NCBI GenBank assembly: GCA_016194335.1 | Contig: JACQBR010000008.1 | Span: 864 to 64,863 of the forward strand | Direction of reading: 5' to 3' | Length of the DNA stretch: 64,000 nucleotides | Source of the DNA: Candidatus Micrarchaeota archaeon | GTDB taxonomy: Archaea > Micrarchaeota > Micrarchaeia > Norongarragalinales > UBA97 | In this document: in pieces, positions 44,375 through 54,647 of the stretch | How positions within the stretch are numbered: the stretch's first letter is position 1 | Layout: each line of letters begins with the position of its first letter | Program-made: the position numbers and the translations under genes | Notes under the pieces: generated by a model | What the model saw: only the letters and a program-made list of their open reading frames with translations | Told to the model about the DNA's origin: nothing | Database searches by the model: none

Positions 44375-46189
44375 ATGGCAAACAAGGCTTCGGTTTATCT
44401 CAACGGCCGCTTCGTCGGCTTCAGCGACAACGGCGAGAAGCTCGCGAGGGAATTGCGCGAGAAGAGGCGCGAGGGCGCGGTCCATTACCACACCAACGTC
44501 GCGTTCTACAAGAACACCAACGAGGTGTTCGTAAACAGCGACGAGGGAAGGCCGGTGAGGCCGCTTATAGTGGTGAAGGGAGGCAAGCCGGCAGTCACTC
44601 CCGAAATGCGCGAAAAGGTCCGCGCGGGCTCGCTTCACTTCAACGATTTGGTCAAGCAGGGCTCGATTGAATTCCTCGATTCGGAAGAGGAGGAGAACGC
44701 CCGCGTTGCGATGGACGAGTTGGTCATAGGGGAGAAGACCACGCATCTCGAAATCGACCCCCTCGGCATCCTCGGCTACGCAAGCGCCCAAGTCCCGTTC
44801 CCCGAGTACAACATGGCCCCACGCGTGCTGATGGCAGCCCAGCACACGAAACAGGCAATGGGGCTTTACGCGTCCAACTTCAACCTGCGCACCGACACGC
44901 GCGGCCACATCCTTTTCTACCCCCAGCGCCCGCTCGTCCAGACGAGGGCATACCGGGTGCTGGGGCAGGAGAAGCGGGCAAGCGGGCAGAACTTCGTCGT
45001 CGCGATCCTTTCGTACAAGGGCTTCAACATGAACGACGCGGTGGTGCTCAGCCAGAGCGCAATCGAGCGCGGGCTTGGCCGCAGCGCATTCCTGCGGACA
45101 TACACGGCCGAAGAGCGCCGCTACCCCGGGGGCCAGCGCGACAGGTTTGAAAACCCGCAGGAATTCGTGCAGGGGTACATGGGCGAGGAGACGTACAGGC
45201 ATCTTGACGAGGACGGCATCATCAGCCCGGAAACGCAGGTTGCCGGCGACGCGGTGCTCGTGGGAAAAACCTCCCCGCCCCGTTTTCTCAAGGAGGTTTC
45301 GGCCCTTGACGTGGAGACCGAACGCAGGCGCGAGTCCAGCGTGACGGTGCGCAGCAACGAGAGCGGCGTTGTCGACGCGGTCATCATGAGCCAGACCACC
45401 AGCGGAAACAGGCTTGCGAAAATCCGCGTGAGGAACACCTGCATTCCCGAAATCGGCGACAAGTTCGCATCCCGCTTCGGCCAGAAGGGAGTAATCGCCC
45501 TTGTCGCAAAGCAGGAGGACCTCCCATTCACCAAGGACGGCGTCACTCCCGACCTCATCATCAACCCCCACGCCATCCCCGGCCGCATGACTGCCGGCCA
45601 CCTTCTCGAGATGATCGGGGGCAAGGCATCGTGCGTCGACGGGGCGCTCAAGGACGGCACGGCATTTACCGGCGCGAAGCAGGAGGACTTCGAAAAGGCG
45701 CTTCTGGCATCCGGCATGTCCCCCGCGGGGCAGGAATACCTCTACGACGGCAGCACCGGAAAGATGATGGCAGCGAAAATCTTCGTGGGCGTCATTTACT
45801 ACCAGCGCCTCCACCACCTCGTCCAGCTCAAGATGCACGCGCGCAGCCGCGGGCCCGTGCAGATGCTCACCCACCAGCCCACGGAAGGCCGCGCCCGCGA
45901 GGGAGGCCTGAGGCTGGGGGAGATGGAACGCGACTGCTTCATCGGCTTCGGCGCGGCCCTTCTCCTGCGCGAGAGGATGATCGACGCTTCGGACAAGACC
46001 GTGGAGCTGATTTGCAACCCCTGCGGCGGCGCGGGCGTGTACGACAAGGTCAAGAAAATCAAGTACTGCTCGCTCTGCGAATCCGGCGACGTGGAGGAAG
46101 TGGAGATGTCCTACGCCTTCAAGTTGCTGCTTGACGAGATGAAGAGCATCGGAATCAGCCCCAAGATAAAGCTGAAGGCCAGGGGATGA
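44375..46189 (+). CDS. rpoB1: DNA-directed RNA polymerase subunit B' (C-terminal half of split RpoB)
   Basis: Rpb2 C-terminal domains GDKFASRFGQKG and C-terminal zinc ribbon CNPCGG...CSLC. Start at MANKASVYLNG. Confidence 0.92.
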   Translation: MANKASVYLNGRFVGFSDNGEKLARELREKRREGAVHYHTNVAFYKNTNEVFVNSDEGRPVRPLIVVKGGKPAVTPEMREKVRAGSLHFNDLVKQGSIEFLDSEEEENARVAMDELVIGEKTTHLEIDPLGILGYASAQVPFPEYNMAPRVLMAAQHTKQAMGLYASNFNLRTDTRGHILFYPQRPLVQTRAYRVLGQEKRASGQNFVVAILSYKGFNMNDAVVLSQSAIERGLGRSAFLRTYTAEERRYPGGQRDRFENPQEFVQGYMGEETYRHLDEDGIISPETQVAGDAVLVGKTSPPRFLKEVSALDVETERRRESSVTVRSNESGVVDAVIMSQTTSGNRLAKIRVRNTCIPEIGDKFASRFGQKGVIALVAKQEDLPFTKDGVTPDLIINPHAIPGRMTAGHLLEMIGGKASCVDGALKDGTAFTGAKQEDFEKALLASGMSPAGQEYLYDGSTGKMMAAKIFVGVIYYQRLHHLVQLKMHARSRGPVQMLTHQPTEGRAREGGLRLGEMERDCFIGFGAALLLRERMIDASDKTVELICNPCGGAGVYDKVKKIKYCSLCESGDVEEVEMSYAFKLLLDEMKSIGISPKIKLKARG

Positions 46190-46321
46190 GCCCCCCATTC
46201 ATCCCTTGATTTTTTTTCCCGTTGATGAATTGTTTTTTTTTGTTTTTTGTTTTCGTCAAGTAGATTCTTCAGATTGTTTTGCGGTTCTCAAATCCGTTCA
46301 AACGCCGGCTGGTGGTAAAAA

Positions 46322-49300
46322 ATGAAGGTCATTGGTGCGATTGAGTTCGGCGTTTTCTCCCCCGAGCAGGTGCGCAAGATGTCGGCCGTGAAGATCACCG
46401 TGCCCGACACTTACGACGAGGACGGCTACCCCATCAACGGCGGGCTTGCCGACCAGCACCTCGGCGTCATCGACCCGGGCCTGCGCTGCAAGTCCTGCGG
46501 CGGCCGCATGAAAAGCTGCTCGGGCCACTTCGGCCACATTGAGATGGTGCGGCCCGTCATCCACGTGGGGTTCGCAAAGGCCGTTTACCACCTGCTCAAG
46601 GCGACGTGCCGCAAGTGCTCCCGCCTGCTTGTCGAGGACAGCACTTTTGAGAAGCCCAAGAAGGCCGCGGTCTGCCCCCACTGCGCCGAGCAGCAGGGCG
46701 CGATAAAGTTTGTCAAGCCCACGAGCTTTTTCGAGGACGTGGGCGGCAAGGAAAGGAGGCTTTTGCCCAACGAAGTTCGCGAGAGGATGGAGCACATTTC
46801 CGACGAGGACCTCAACACCCTCGGCGTGAAAATCAGGCCCGAGTGGATGGTCCTTACCGTCCTCATCGTCCCTCCGGTCACCGTGCGCCCCAGCATCACC
46901 CTTGAGACGGGCGAGCGCAGCGAGGACGACCTCACCCACAAACTCGTGGACGTGCTGCGCATCAACCAGCGCCTCGGCGAGAACATCGACGCCGGCGCCC
47001 CGCAGCTCATCATCGAGGACTTGTGGGAGCTTCTCCAATACCACGTCGCGACTTTCTTCGACAACGAGACCGCAGGCATCCCGCCTGCAAGGCACCGCAG
47101 CGGAAGGCAGCTCAAGACGCTCTTCCAGCGCCTCAAGGGCAAGGAAGGCAGGTTCCGCTACAACCTTTCGGGCAAGCGCGTGAACTTCAGCGGCCGCACC
47201 GTCATTTCCCCCGACCCCACCCTCGGCATCAACGAGCTCGGGGTTTCCGAGCACATCGCAAGGGAGCTTACAGTCCCGATTTTCGTCACCGAATGGAATC
47301 TCGAGCCCATCAAGGAGCTTGTCAAGGGCCATCCGGAAAAAATCAATTACGTCATCCGCCCCGACGGCAAGCGCAAGAAGCTCATCGGCCTCAACATCGA
47401 GGAAGTGACGGCGGAAATCGTCCCCGGCTACACTGTGGAGCGGCAGCTTATGGATGACGACATCGTGATTTTCAACCGCCAGCCCAGCCTCCACCGCGTG
47501 AGCATGATGGCCCACCACGTCAAGGTCCTTCCGGGAAAGACTTTCCGCTTCAACTCCGCCGTCTGCAAGCCGTACAACGCCGACTTCGACGGGGACGAGA
47601 TGAACATCCACGTTCCGCAGAACGAGGAGGCGCAGGCCGAGGCGGAAATCCTCATGAAGGCCCAGGAGCAGATCCTCTCCCCCCGCAACGGCGAGCCCAT
47701 AGTAGTTCCCGAGCTCGATCAGATTTCCGGCCTTTACATGCTTACCGCCAAGGGCGTGGAATTCCCCCGTTCGGAAGCGGCGATGATGCTTTCCCGCGCC
47801 GGCGTCAACGACGCCGAGTTCAAGGGGGAGAAGGTTTCAGGACGGGAAATCCTCTCCGCGATTCTCCCCAAGGAATTCGACTTCGAATGCGCCAGCCTCG
47901 CGTTCCACCAGAAGTGCAAGGAGTGCCCCGGGGGCAAGTGCGCCGAGCACGACTCCACCGTAGTGGTGAAGAACGGCAAGTTTTTGCGCGGCCATCTCGA
48001 CGGCCGCTCGAGCGACAAGCTCGTCCGCGCGCTATTCAAGGAATTCGGAAGCGACGCGGCGGCGAAATACCTCGACGCGGCAACCAAGATTTCCGTCGAC
48101 GTTGCCACCGACTTCGGCATCTCCCTCTCGCTTGACGACTACGCCATTACGGACAAGACCCGCGGGGAGCTCGGCGAGCTTTACCTCACGGCGCACAAGG
48201 GGGTGCGCAAGCTCATCCAGAAATACCGCATGAAGAGGCTCGCGCGGCTGCCCGGCAAGACGCTCAAGGAGACGCTGGAGGAGCAGGTGATGGACATCCT
48301 CGAGGCGGTTCGCCACGACGCGTGGGGCATAATCAAGACCCACGTGCGCAAGCACCCCGTGAAGTTCGGCGGGGCGGAAATAATGCACAACTCCGCGCTT
48401 CTCATGGCCGACTCCGGCGCGAGGGGCAAGCCCATCAACGTCGTGCAGATGGCTGGCATCGTCGGCCAGCAGGCCGTGCGCGGAAAGCGCATGCGCTCAG
48501 GGTACAAGGGCCGCATCCTTTCCCACTTCGCAAAGGGCGACCTTTCCGACCTCGCGCGCGGGTTCGTGCGCGACAGTTACGTCCGCGGCCTTTCCCCCCA
48601 CGAGTACTTCTTCCACGCCGCAGGAGGCAGGGACAGCGTCGTTGACAAGGGAGTCAACCCCGCCAAGACGGGTTACATGCAGCGCAGGCTCATCAACGCC
48701 CTTCAGGACATCGTGGTGCAGAAGGACCTCACCGCAAGCGACGCGGAGGGGAAAATCATCCAGTTCAAGTACGGCGACGACGGGATGCACCCGGCGGGGA
48801 ACGCCGTGGCATACGGCGAGCCCGTGGGAGTGATCGCGGCTCAGAGCATCGGCGAGCCCGGAACGCAGATGTCCATCCCTTCGGGTGAAAAAGTGGTCGT
48901 AAGCATTGACGGCGCGATGAAACCCGTGGCAATCGGGGAGTTCGTGGACGGGCTCATCGAGAAGCATGGCTCGATCAAAATAGGCGGGGCTTCGGTTGTG
49001 GACCTTCCCCAAAGCGCAGGCATTTGCGTCCCCAGCCTCTCGCAGGAAGGCAAGGTTGTTTTCAAGAGGCTCATTTCCGCCAGCAGGCACGAGTGCGGAA
49101 AGAAAATCCTCGAGATAACCACGCGTTCGGGAAGGAAAATCCGCGCGACCGACAACCACTCCTTCGTCATCCGCAAGGACAACAGAATCATTCCCGTCAT
49201 GGGAAGTTCCCTCAAGGTCGGCCAGAGGATTCCCGTTGTCAAGTCCATGCCCTCCCCCGCACTGTTTGCCCAAGGTGCCGAGAGCCTTGATTTGCAGCAA

Positions 49301-51334
49301 CACCTTCCAAAGAGCACCCACTGGTTTGGAAGCGAACTCAAAAAGGCGCTTGCGCCGGGCGTGATAAGCCGCGCGGGCCACAATGTTTCGTACACTATTC
49401 CCGTGGGCGCGGATGCGTTAAGGCACTACGCGGGGCATGGGAATTCATTCGAAATCGAGGACGGCTTTGTCTATCCAGTGCAGAACCACGGCAACGCGAG
49501 GATTCCCGAATCAATGCCCCTCGACTCGAAATTCGGCTGGTTTGTCGGGGCCTACCTTTCCGAAGGCAGCCTGAGCAGGTACAACGTGGGCATTTCAAAC
49601 ACTGACTCCGAGTTCATCGCAAGGACGAAGGGATTCGCCGACTCCCTCGCGCTCAAATACGCGGAGAAGGCCAACAGCCGCGGCTTTGCCTTGGGCAACG
49701 GCCTTACCATCAATTCAACCCTGCTTTCCGAACTGTTGCAAAAGACCTGCGGCAAGGGCTCGTCAAGCAAGCGCGTTCCTGAATTCGCCTTCAGCGCAAA
49801 CGAAAAGTTCATCTCATCGCTTCTTTCGGCGTATTTCGATGGCGACGGCAACGTGACGATGGAGCGCAATGCGATTCGCGCCTCTTCCAACTCGAAGGAA
49901 CTGATTGACGGGGTTGCACTGCTGCTCTGCAGGCTTGGCATCTTCTGCACCAAGCACTTCGCTTCGGGCCAGCACTGCCTCTCCATTCCGGGGGCGTACG
50001 CAAACCGCTTCAGGGAGAAAATCGGCTTCGTGTGGGCCAAGAAGTCTTCCTTACTTGGGAAACTTTGCACCAAGGAAACCAAGCGCATCTCTTACGACAT
50101 TCTCGACATGAAAGTCGGGTTCGGAAGCGTGATAGGCGACGCCGCCAGGAAGCTCGGAGTGCCCTCCCGTTTGGTCAGCAAGTTCACCAAGAAGCAGGAA
50201 ATCGGCGTGAAGACGCTTGCGAAATACGTTGACAAGTTCGGGGAACTCTCGCGCCAAAATAGCATCAACGTGGATAAAGAGCTTTCCGTAATGAAAGCCA
50301 TGCTTGAGGAAGACGTGGCGTGGGACGAGATTGTCGAGGTGAAGTTCGTCGACTCCACGCCCCTGGTCTACGACTTTTCCGTCGAGGGGCTCGAGACGTT
50401 CGCCACCTTCGACGGCGTGATTACGCACAACACGCTGCGCACCTTCCACTACGCCGGAGTCGCCTCGCTCGCGCAGCTCGGCTTCACCCGACTGGTGGAA
50501 ATCGTCGACGCGACCAAGAAGCCGAAGAGCCCCGTGATGGAAGTCTACCTTCGCAAGGAGCTTTCCAAGGACTTCGAGAAGGTCAAGAAGTTCGCCGCTT
50601 CTCTTGAGCAGCTCACGCTGGAGCAGGTTGCCGATGTGAGGGAGAATTTCGACCGCAAGAGCATCCGCGTCACCTGGGACGAGAAGTCGCTTCACGACAA
50701 GGCGGTGAAGGAAGACGAGATTTTCGAGAAGGTCAAGCTCGTCGCCCCCGCGGAGAAGACCCAGACTGGAATCACCGTCCGCCCCAAGGCAGACAGCATC
50801 CGCAACACCCGCAAGATCACCAACAAGCTTCGCGAAATCATCCTGCGGGGAGTGGCGAACATTTCCCGCGCCATCATCATCGAAAAGGCAGGGGAGTACG
50901 TCGTGGCGACGGAAGGGAGCAACCTCGAAGGCTTGCTGAAGATTCCCGAAGTGGACTCCTCGCGCACCACCACCAACGACATTACCGAAACCTACCACGT
51001 GCTCGGGGTGGAGGCCGGCCGCAACTCCATAATGAACGAGATGCTCAAAGTGCTCACCGCCCAGGGGCTCAAGGTCGACGCGAGGCACATCATGCTCATT
51101 GCCGACTCGATGACCTCCAAGGGCAAGCTCACTTCAGTCGGAAGGCACGGCCTTGCGGGGGAGAAGAGATCCGTCCTCGCGCGCGCGGCCTTTGAAGAGA
51201 CTGCCAAGCACCTCCTCAACGCCTGCATCAAGGGCGAGGAAGACCCCCTTCAGGGAATTGCCGAGAACATCATCATCGGCCAGACCATCCCCTGCGGGAC
51301 GGGCAAGGTCAAGCTCGAGATGACCATTGAGTAG
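46322..51334 (+). CDS. rpoA: DNA-directed RNA polymerase subunit A with the A' and A'' portions fused in one ORF, interrupted by a 520-aa intein
   Basis: Rpb1 zinc ribbon and the NADFDGD active site lie in the N-terminal part. GEPGTQM is followed by the intein, then TLRTFHYAGVA of the A'' region. There is no stop codon between the A' and A'' regions. Confidence 0.9.
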   Translation: MKVIGAIEFGVFSPEQVRKMSAVKITVPDTYDEDGYPINGGLADQHLGVIDPGLRCKSCGGRMKSCSGHFGHIEMVRPVIHVGFAKAVYHLLKATCRKCSRLLVEDSTFEKPKKAAVCPHCAEQQGAIKFVKPTSFFEDVGGKERRLLPNEVRERMEHISDEDLNTLGVKIRPEWMVLTVLIVPPVTVRPSITLETGERSEDDLTHKLVDVLRINQRLGENIDAGAPQLIIEDLWELLQYHVATFFDNETAGIPPARHRSGRQLKTLFQRLKGKEGRFRYNLSGKRVNFSGRTVISPDPTLGINELGVSEHIARELTVPIFVTEWNLEPIKELVKGHPEKINYVIRPDGKRKKLIGLNIEEVTAEIVPGYTVERQLMDDDIVIFNRQPSLHRVSMMAHHVKVLPGKTFRFNSAVCKPYNADFDGDEMNIHVPQNEEAQAEAEILMKAQEQILSPRNGEPIVVPELDQISGLYMLTAKGVEFPRSEAAMMLSRAGVNDAEFKGEKVSGREILSAILPKEFDFECASLAFHQKCKECPGGKCAEHDSTVVVKNGKFLRGHLDGRSSDKLVRALFKEFGSDAAAKYLDAATKISVDVATDFGISLSLDDYAITDKTRGELGELYLTAHKGVRKLIQKYRMKRLARLPGKTLKETLEEQVMDILEAVRHDAWGIIKTHVRKHPVKFGGAEIMHNSALLMADSGARGKPINVVQMAGIVGQQAVRGKRMRSGYKGRILSHFAKGDLSDLARGFVRDSYVRGLSPHEYFFHAAGGRDSVVDKGVNPAKTGYMQRRLINALQDIVVQKDLTASDAEGKIIQFKYGDDGMHPAGNAVAYGEPVGVIAAQSIGEPGTQMSIPSGEKVVVSIDGAMKPVAIGEFVDGLIEKHGSIKIGGASVVDLPQSAGICVPSLSQEGKVVFKRLISASRHECGKKILEITTRSGRKIRATDNHSFVIRKDNRIIPVMGSSLKVGQRIPVVKSMPSPALFAQGAESLDLQQHLPKSTHWFGSELKKALAPGVISRAGHNVSYTIPVGADALRHYAGHGNSFEIEDGFVYPVQNHGNARIPESMPLDSKFGWFVGAYLSEGSLSRYNVGISNTDSEFIARTKGFADSLALKYAEKANSRGFALGNGLTINSTLLSELLQKTCGKGSSSKRVPEFAFSANEKFISSLLSAYFDGDGNVTMERNAIRASSNSKELIDGVALLLCRLGIFCTKHFASGQHCLSIPGAYANRFREKIGFVWAKKSSLLGKLCTKETKRISYDILDMKVGFGSVIGDAARKLGVPSRLVSKFTKKQEIGVKTLAKYVDKFGELSRQNSINVDKELSVMKAMLEEDVAWDEIVEVKFVDSTPLVYDFSVEGLETFATFDGVITHNTLRTFHYAGVASLAQLGFTRLVEIVDATKKPKSPVMEVYLRKELSKDFEKVKKFAASLEQLTLEQVADVRENFDRKSIRVTWDEKSLHDKAVKEDEIFEKVKLVAPAEKTQTGITVRPKADSIRNTRKITNKLREIILRGVANISRAIIIEKAGEYVVATEGSNLEGLLKIPEVDSSRTTTNDITETYHVLGVEAGRNSIMNEMLKVLTAQGLKVDARHIMLIADSMTSKGKLTSVGRHGLAGEKRSVLARAAFEETAKHLLNACIKGEEDPLQGIAENIIIGQTIPCGTGKVKLEMTIE
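48872..50431 (+). mobile_element. Intein (520 aa) with a LAGLIDADG homing endonuclease, inserted at GEPGTQM|TLRTFH of RpoA''
   Basis: Starts with Ser (SIPSGEKVVV), ends VITHN with +1 Thr. Internal LAGLIDADG blocks GWFVGAYLSEGSL and LLSAYFDGDGNV. Confidence 0.8.
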
Positions 51335-51375
51335 GAAAGCGCGGGGTTAAGAACCCGACTTGAGTAGATGGTTTC

Positions 51376-51609
51376 ATGAAACGTCGTGCAACTTCAATCG
51401 TTCGGGGCCGCGTCCAGGGCGTCGGATACCGCGACAGGGTGTTGGAGAAGGCTCTGGAGCTCGGCATTGCGGGTTTTGTTGAGAACGAGCCCGACGGCAG
51501 CGTCAAGGTTGTTTGCGAAGCAGAGGAAGGAGTTCTCCAAAAATTTCCTTCCTCAATCGAGATAAAACACGAGCCGGACAAAGGAATCATTCTTGTCAAG
51601 TCGGTCTAA
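51376..51609 (+). CDS. acyP: Acylphosphatase
   Basis: VRGRVQGVGYR is the acylphosphatase signature. Confidence 0.8.
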   Translation: MKRRATSIVRGRVQGVGYRDRVLEKALELGIAGFVENEPDGSVKVVCEAEEGVLQKFPSSIEIKHEPDKGIILVKSV

Positions 51610-51651
51610 ACCTTTTTTTCCCAACCAACCGGAGAGTTCTCTTATTCTGAA

Positions 51652-51909
51652 GTGAAAATGGGAGAACTTCCTTCCGAAATTCGCGAAGGCTTCCGCACGG
51701 CATACAACTACTTCGGCCTTTTCAGCGAACGCACCGACGAAAATTTCAACCGGGTTGATGCCAAGTATGGCGTTATCCATCAGGAAATGATGGCGTTTCA
51801 GGCCACGATGAAGGAACTCGTCACGGCTCTGCGCGAAGACCGGGAAGAAATCAAAAGAATAAGCAAAGGCATCACAAAGATTGCCGACCGGCTCGCGCCC
51901 GAAGCTTAG
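51652..51909 (+). CDS. Hypothetical small protein (85 aa)
   Basis: ORF only. Confidence 0.3.
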   Translation: MKMGELPSEIREGFRTAYNYFGLFSERTDENFNRVDAKYGVIHQEMMAFQATMKELVTALREDREEIKRISKGITKIADRLAPEA

Positions 51910-51921
51910 CGTGCGTTCATG

Positions 51922-52332
51922 TCAGCTTTTCTTCAGCACCGTGAACGACTCCGTCTCCATCACGCCTTCAGTCCGCCTTATTTTTTCGAGAAGCTCGTTG
52001 AGGATGGGCAGCGCCGGGGAGTGAACGAGGCAAATGACGTCGAACCTTCCAGTCACTTCGAGCAGTTCCTCCACGCCCGCGTAGTGCTTGAGCTTCTCGA
52101 CGATTTTCCCGGTGGGCTTGTGCGAGTCGGTCTTCAGCCCGATTATCGCGCTCACGCCCTCGTAGCTCCCCTCGTAGGTGAAGCGCCTTACCGTCCCTTC
52201 GGAAACGAGCCTCGCGATGCGGTTGCGCACCGTCCCCTCGCTCACGCCGATTTCCTCTGCGATTTCGCTAAGCGGCGCGCGTGCGTTTTCCTTCAGGATT
52301 GAGAGGATGCTGCGGTCAGTAGCGTCAACCAT
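51922..52332 (-). CDS. lrp: Lrp/AsnC-family transcriptional regulator
   Basis: N-terminal HTH (ILSILKENARAPLSEIAEEIGVSEGTV) and a C-terminal RAM domain. Confidence 0.85.
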   Translation of the reverse strand: MVDATDRSILSILKENARAPLSEIAEEIGVSEGTVRNRIARLVSEGTVRRFTYEGSYEGVSAIIGLKTDSHKPTGKIVEKLKHYAGVEELLEVTGRFDVICLVHSPALPILNELLEKIRRTEGVMETESFTVLKKS

Positions 52333-52641
52333 GTGCCCACCAAAAAAGCGTCTTGCCCGAAGGCAATTACGCGAAAAGGATTAATTATGCTTTCGGTAGC
52401 AAAAATGCGGAAAACGCAATGGAAGCACCGAGTGAGGGGTATTGTTGGCAATATGTTTTTTGATAAAAGTCGCTTCAAATATTCCCGCTTTCCGTCGTTG
52501 CGATAAAGTTTCTTTCCCGCAAAGCATCCAAATGGTTATAAACAATTCCCGGCCTATTTCTTGTTGTTGCAGTCCTCATTTTGAAGTGGGGAGTTATCCC
52601 GCCTGACGGCGCCGGATAGAGAACCATAGGTTGGATTACTC

Positions 52642-52944
52642 ATGGACGTTTCACGTTCAATCAGGCTTGCGGTGGATTCGGGCAGGGTAGTGCTGGGCAG
52701 CCAGAAGGCCGTCACGCTGGTGAAGAGCGGCGGTTGCAAGCTCCTTGTCCTTTCCCAGAACGCCCCGGCCGACCTTTCGCGGGACATCACGCACTACGCG
52801 AAGATGTCGGGCATCCCGTTGATAGTTTACGAAGGCACGAGCATCGAGCTCGGCGCGGTGTGCGGAAAGCCGTTCACGGTAAGCGCGCTGTGCGTGCTTG
52901 ATGAGGGCAATTCGGACATCCTCAAGGCGTCACGGGGCGCGTAA
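52642..52944 (+). CDS. rpl30e: 50S ribosomal protein L30e
   Basis: L30e/L7Ae fold blocks. Confidence 0.8.
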   Translation: MDVSRSIRLAVDSGRVVLGSQKAVTLVKSGGCKLLVLSQNAPADLSRDITHYAKMSGIPLIVYEGTSIELGAVCGKPFTVSALCVLDEGNSDILKASRGA

Positions 52945-52955
52945 GAGAGATTTTA

Positions 52956-53378
52956 ATGCCAGTAACGCTGAGCAACGAAGACCTCCAGGCGATCAACCTG
53001 CTCGAAAGGAGCACCGGCGCGCGGGCCACCGACGTGGTTTTCGGCGAGGGTTCGGTCATCTTCGTCGTGGCAAAGGGGGACCTCGGCCGCGCGATAGGGA
53101 AGGGCGGCGCGAGCATAACGAAGTTGGAAAGGGCGTTTGACAAGGCAGTCGAGGTCGTCGAGGACGACGGGACGATGCAGGGTTTCCTCGCAAACCTCTT
53201 CAGGCCCGTTGCCCTTAGCGAAGTGCGCGAGTCGGGCTCGCCCGAGCGCAGGACCGTCACGGTTGCGGTAAACCCCGCCGACAAGGGCAGGGCGATTGGA
53301 AGGGGCGGCGAGCGCATAAAGAAGGCGAGGATGCTGCTGAAAAGGAAATTCGGGATTGAGGACGTAAAGATAGTGTAA
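52956..53378 (+). CDS. nusA: Transcription elongation factor NusA (archaeal, two KH domains)
   Basis: Two KH GxxG blocks, IGKGGASI and IGRGGERI. Confidence 0.85.
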   Translation: MPVTLSNEDLQAINLLERSTGARATDVVFGEGSVIFVVAKGDLGRAIGKGGASITKLERAFDKAVEVVEDDGTMQGFLANLFRPVALSEVRESGSPERRTVTVAVNPADKGRAIGRGGERIKKARMLLKRKFGIEDVKIV

Positions 53379-53440
53379 TGAAATCTCAAAATGTCTTCGG
53401 TTAAAATTTCAAAAAAAAAACTGTTGAAGGTTTTCAAACT

Positions 53441-53869
53441 ATGGCACGAGGAGAATTTGCAGGCAGGACACTGGCGCGCAGCAGGAAGAAGCGGCGCTGG
53501 CTCAAGAAATGGTGGAAGAGAAAGGAGCTGGGCCTGAAGGAAAAGTACGACCCCCTTGAAGGGACGGCGCGCGCAAGCGGCATCGTCATTAAGAAAGTCG
53601 GGATTGAGCAGAAGCAGCCGCACTCCGGAATCATCAAGGGAGTGGTGGTGCAGCTTCTCAAGAACGGGAAGAAAGTGACGGCGCACGTCCCCCGCGACAA
53701 GGCGATTGGGAAGATTGACGAGCACGACGAGGTCACAATCGAGGGGCTCGGCGGCTCTCAGCGCGGGCAGATGGGTTCCATCCCCGGCGTCCGCTACAAG
53801 GTCGTGGCTGTAAACGGCGTTTCGCTCGAGATGCTCCGCAAGGGCAAAAAGGAGAAGCCGAAGAGGTAA
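53441..53869 (+). CDS. rps12: 30S ribosomal protein S12 (uS12)
   Basis: Conserved S12 blocks ([22 protein letters not shown]...LGG.QRGQ). Confidence 0.9.
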   Translation: MARGEFAGRTLARSRKKRRWLKKWWKRKELGLKEKYDPLEGTARASGIVIKKVGIEQKQPHSGIIKGVVVQLLKNGKKVTAHVPRDKAIGKIDEHDEVTIEGLGGSQRGQMGSIPGVRYKVVAVNGVSLEMLRKGKKEKPKR

Positions 53870-53900
53870 GCCGCATAAAATTTGAAGAGTGGGTTTTTAC

Positions 53901-54575
53901 ATGGCTGAAGATGAATCTGCAAAAGTCGAGGCGGCAAGGCCCGAGCACAAGCCGGACGGGCACGTTGAGGCCGAGGTGAAGCTCTTCGGCAAGTATCCCT
54001 ACACCGGGCTTGTGATTAACGACGGCAGCCTGCGGCAATACGTGTCGCTCAACCCGCTGCAGATTCCCCACTCGTTCGCGCGGCACGCCAACAAGCAGTT
54101 TGCCAAGTCGAAGGTCAACATCGTCGAGCGGCTTGCCAACAAGCTCATGAGGGGAGGCACTGGCGAGAAGCTCGGCGGCAAGGTCATCCGAACGCACGGG
54201 AAGCTGCAGGGCAAGAAGAGCAAGGCAATCAAGATCATCGAGGCGGCTTTTGAAGTGGTCGAGAGGAAGACCAAGCAAAACCCCATCCAGATGCTCATCA
54301 GGGCTCTTGAGAACAGCGCCCCGCGCGAGGACGTCACGCGCGTCCGGTTCGGTGGCATCGCGTACCAGGTGGCCACCGACGTGAGCGCGCAGCGCAGGCT
54401 CGACCTCGCGCTCAGGAACATCACCCTCGCGGCCATACTCGTCGCCTTCAACAAGAAAACCACGCTGGCCGAAGCGCTCGCGGACGAAATCATCCTCGCC
54501 GCAAACGGCGACCTTGCAAGCTTTTCGGTCAAGCGCCGCAACGAGACCGAACGGATGGCGAGGAGCGCAAGGTAA
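53901..54575 (+). CDS. rps7: 30S ribosomal protein S7 (uS7)
   Basis: S7 family blocks. Confidence 0.88.
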   Translation: MAEDESAKVEAARPEHKPDGHVEAEVKLFGKYPYTGLVINDGSLRQYVSLNPLQIPHSFARHANKQFAKSKVNIVERLANKLMRGGTGEKLGGKVIRTHGKLQGKKSKAIKIIEAAFEVVERKTKQNPIQMLIRALENSAPREDVTRVRFGGIAYQVATDVSAQRRLDLALRNITLAAILVAFNKKTTLAEALADEIILAANGDLASFSVKRRNETERMARSAR

Positions 54576-54647
54576 GGCCCAGCTTGTGTTTTGATTTTTT
54601 TTTTGGCTTTTGTTTGCAGGCAATTCATAGGGGATTAGTGGATCACA

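Noticed and set aside
42571-46198. Minus-strand ORFs of 402 and 647 aa across rpoB'' and rpoB'
   Set aside because: Antisense to the RNAP subunit genes.
46298-51088. Minus-strand ORFs (437, 345 and 294 aa) across rpoA
   Set aside because: Antisense to rpoA.
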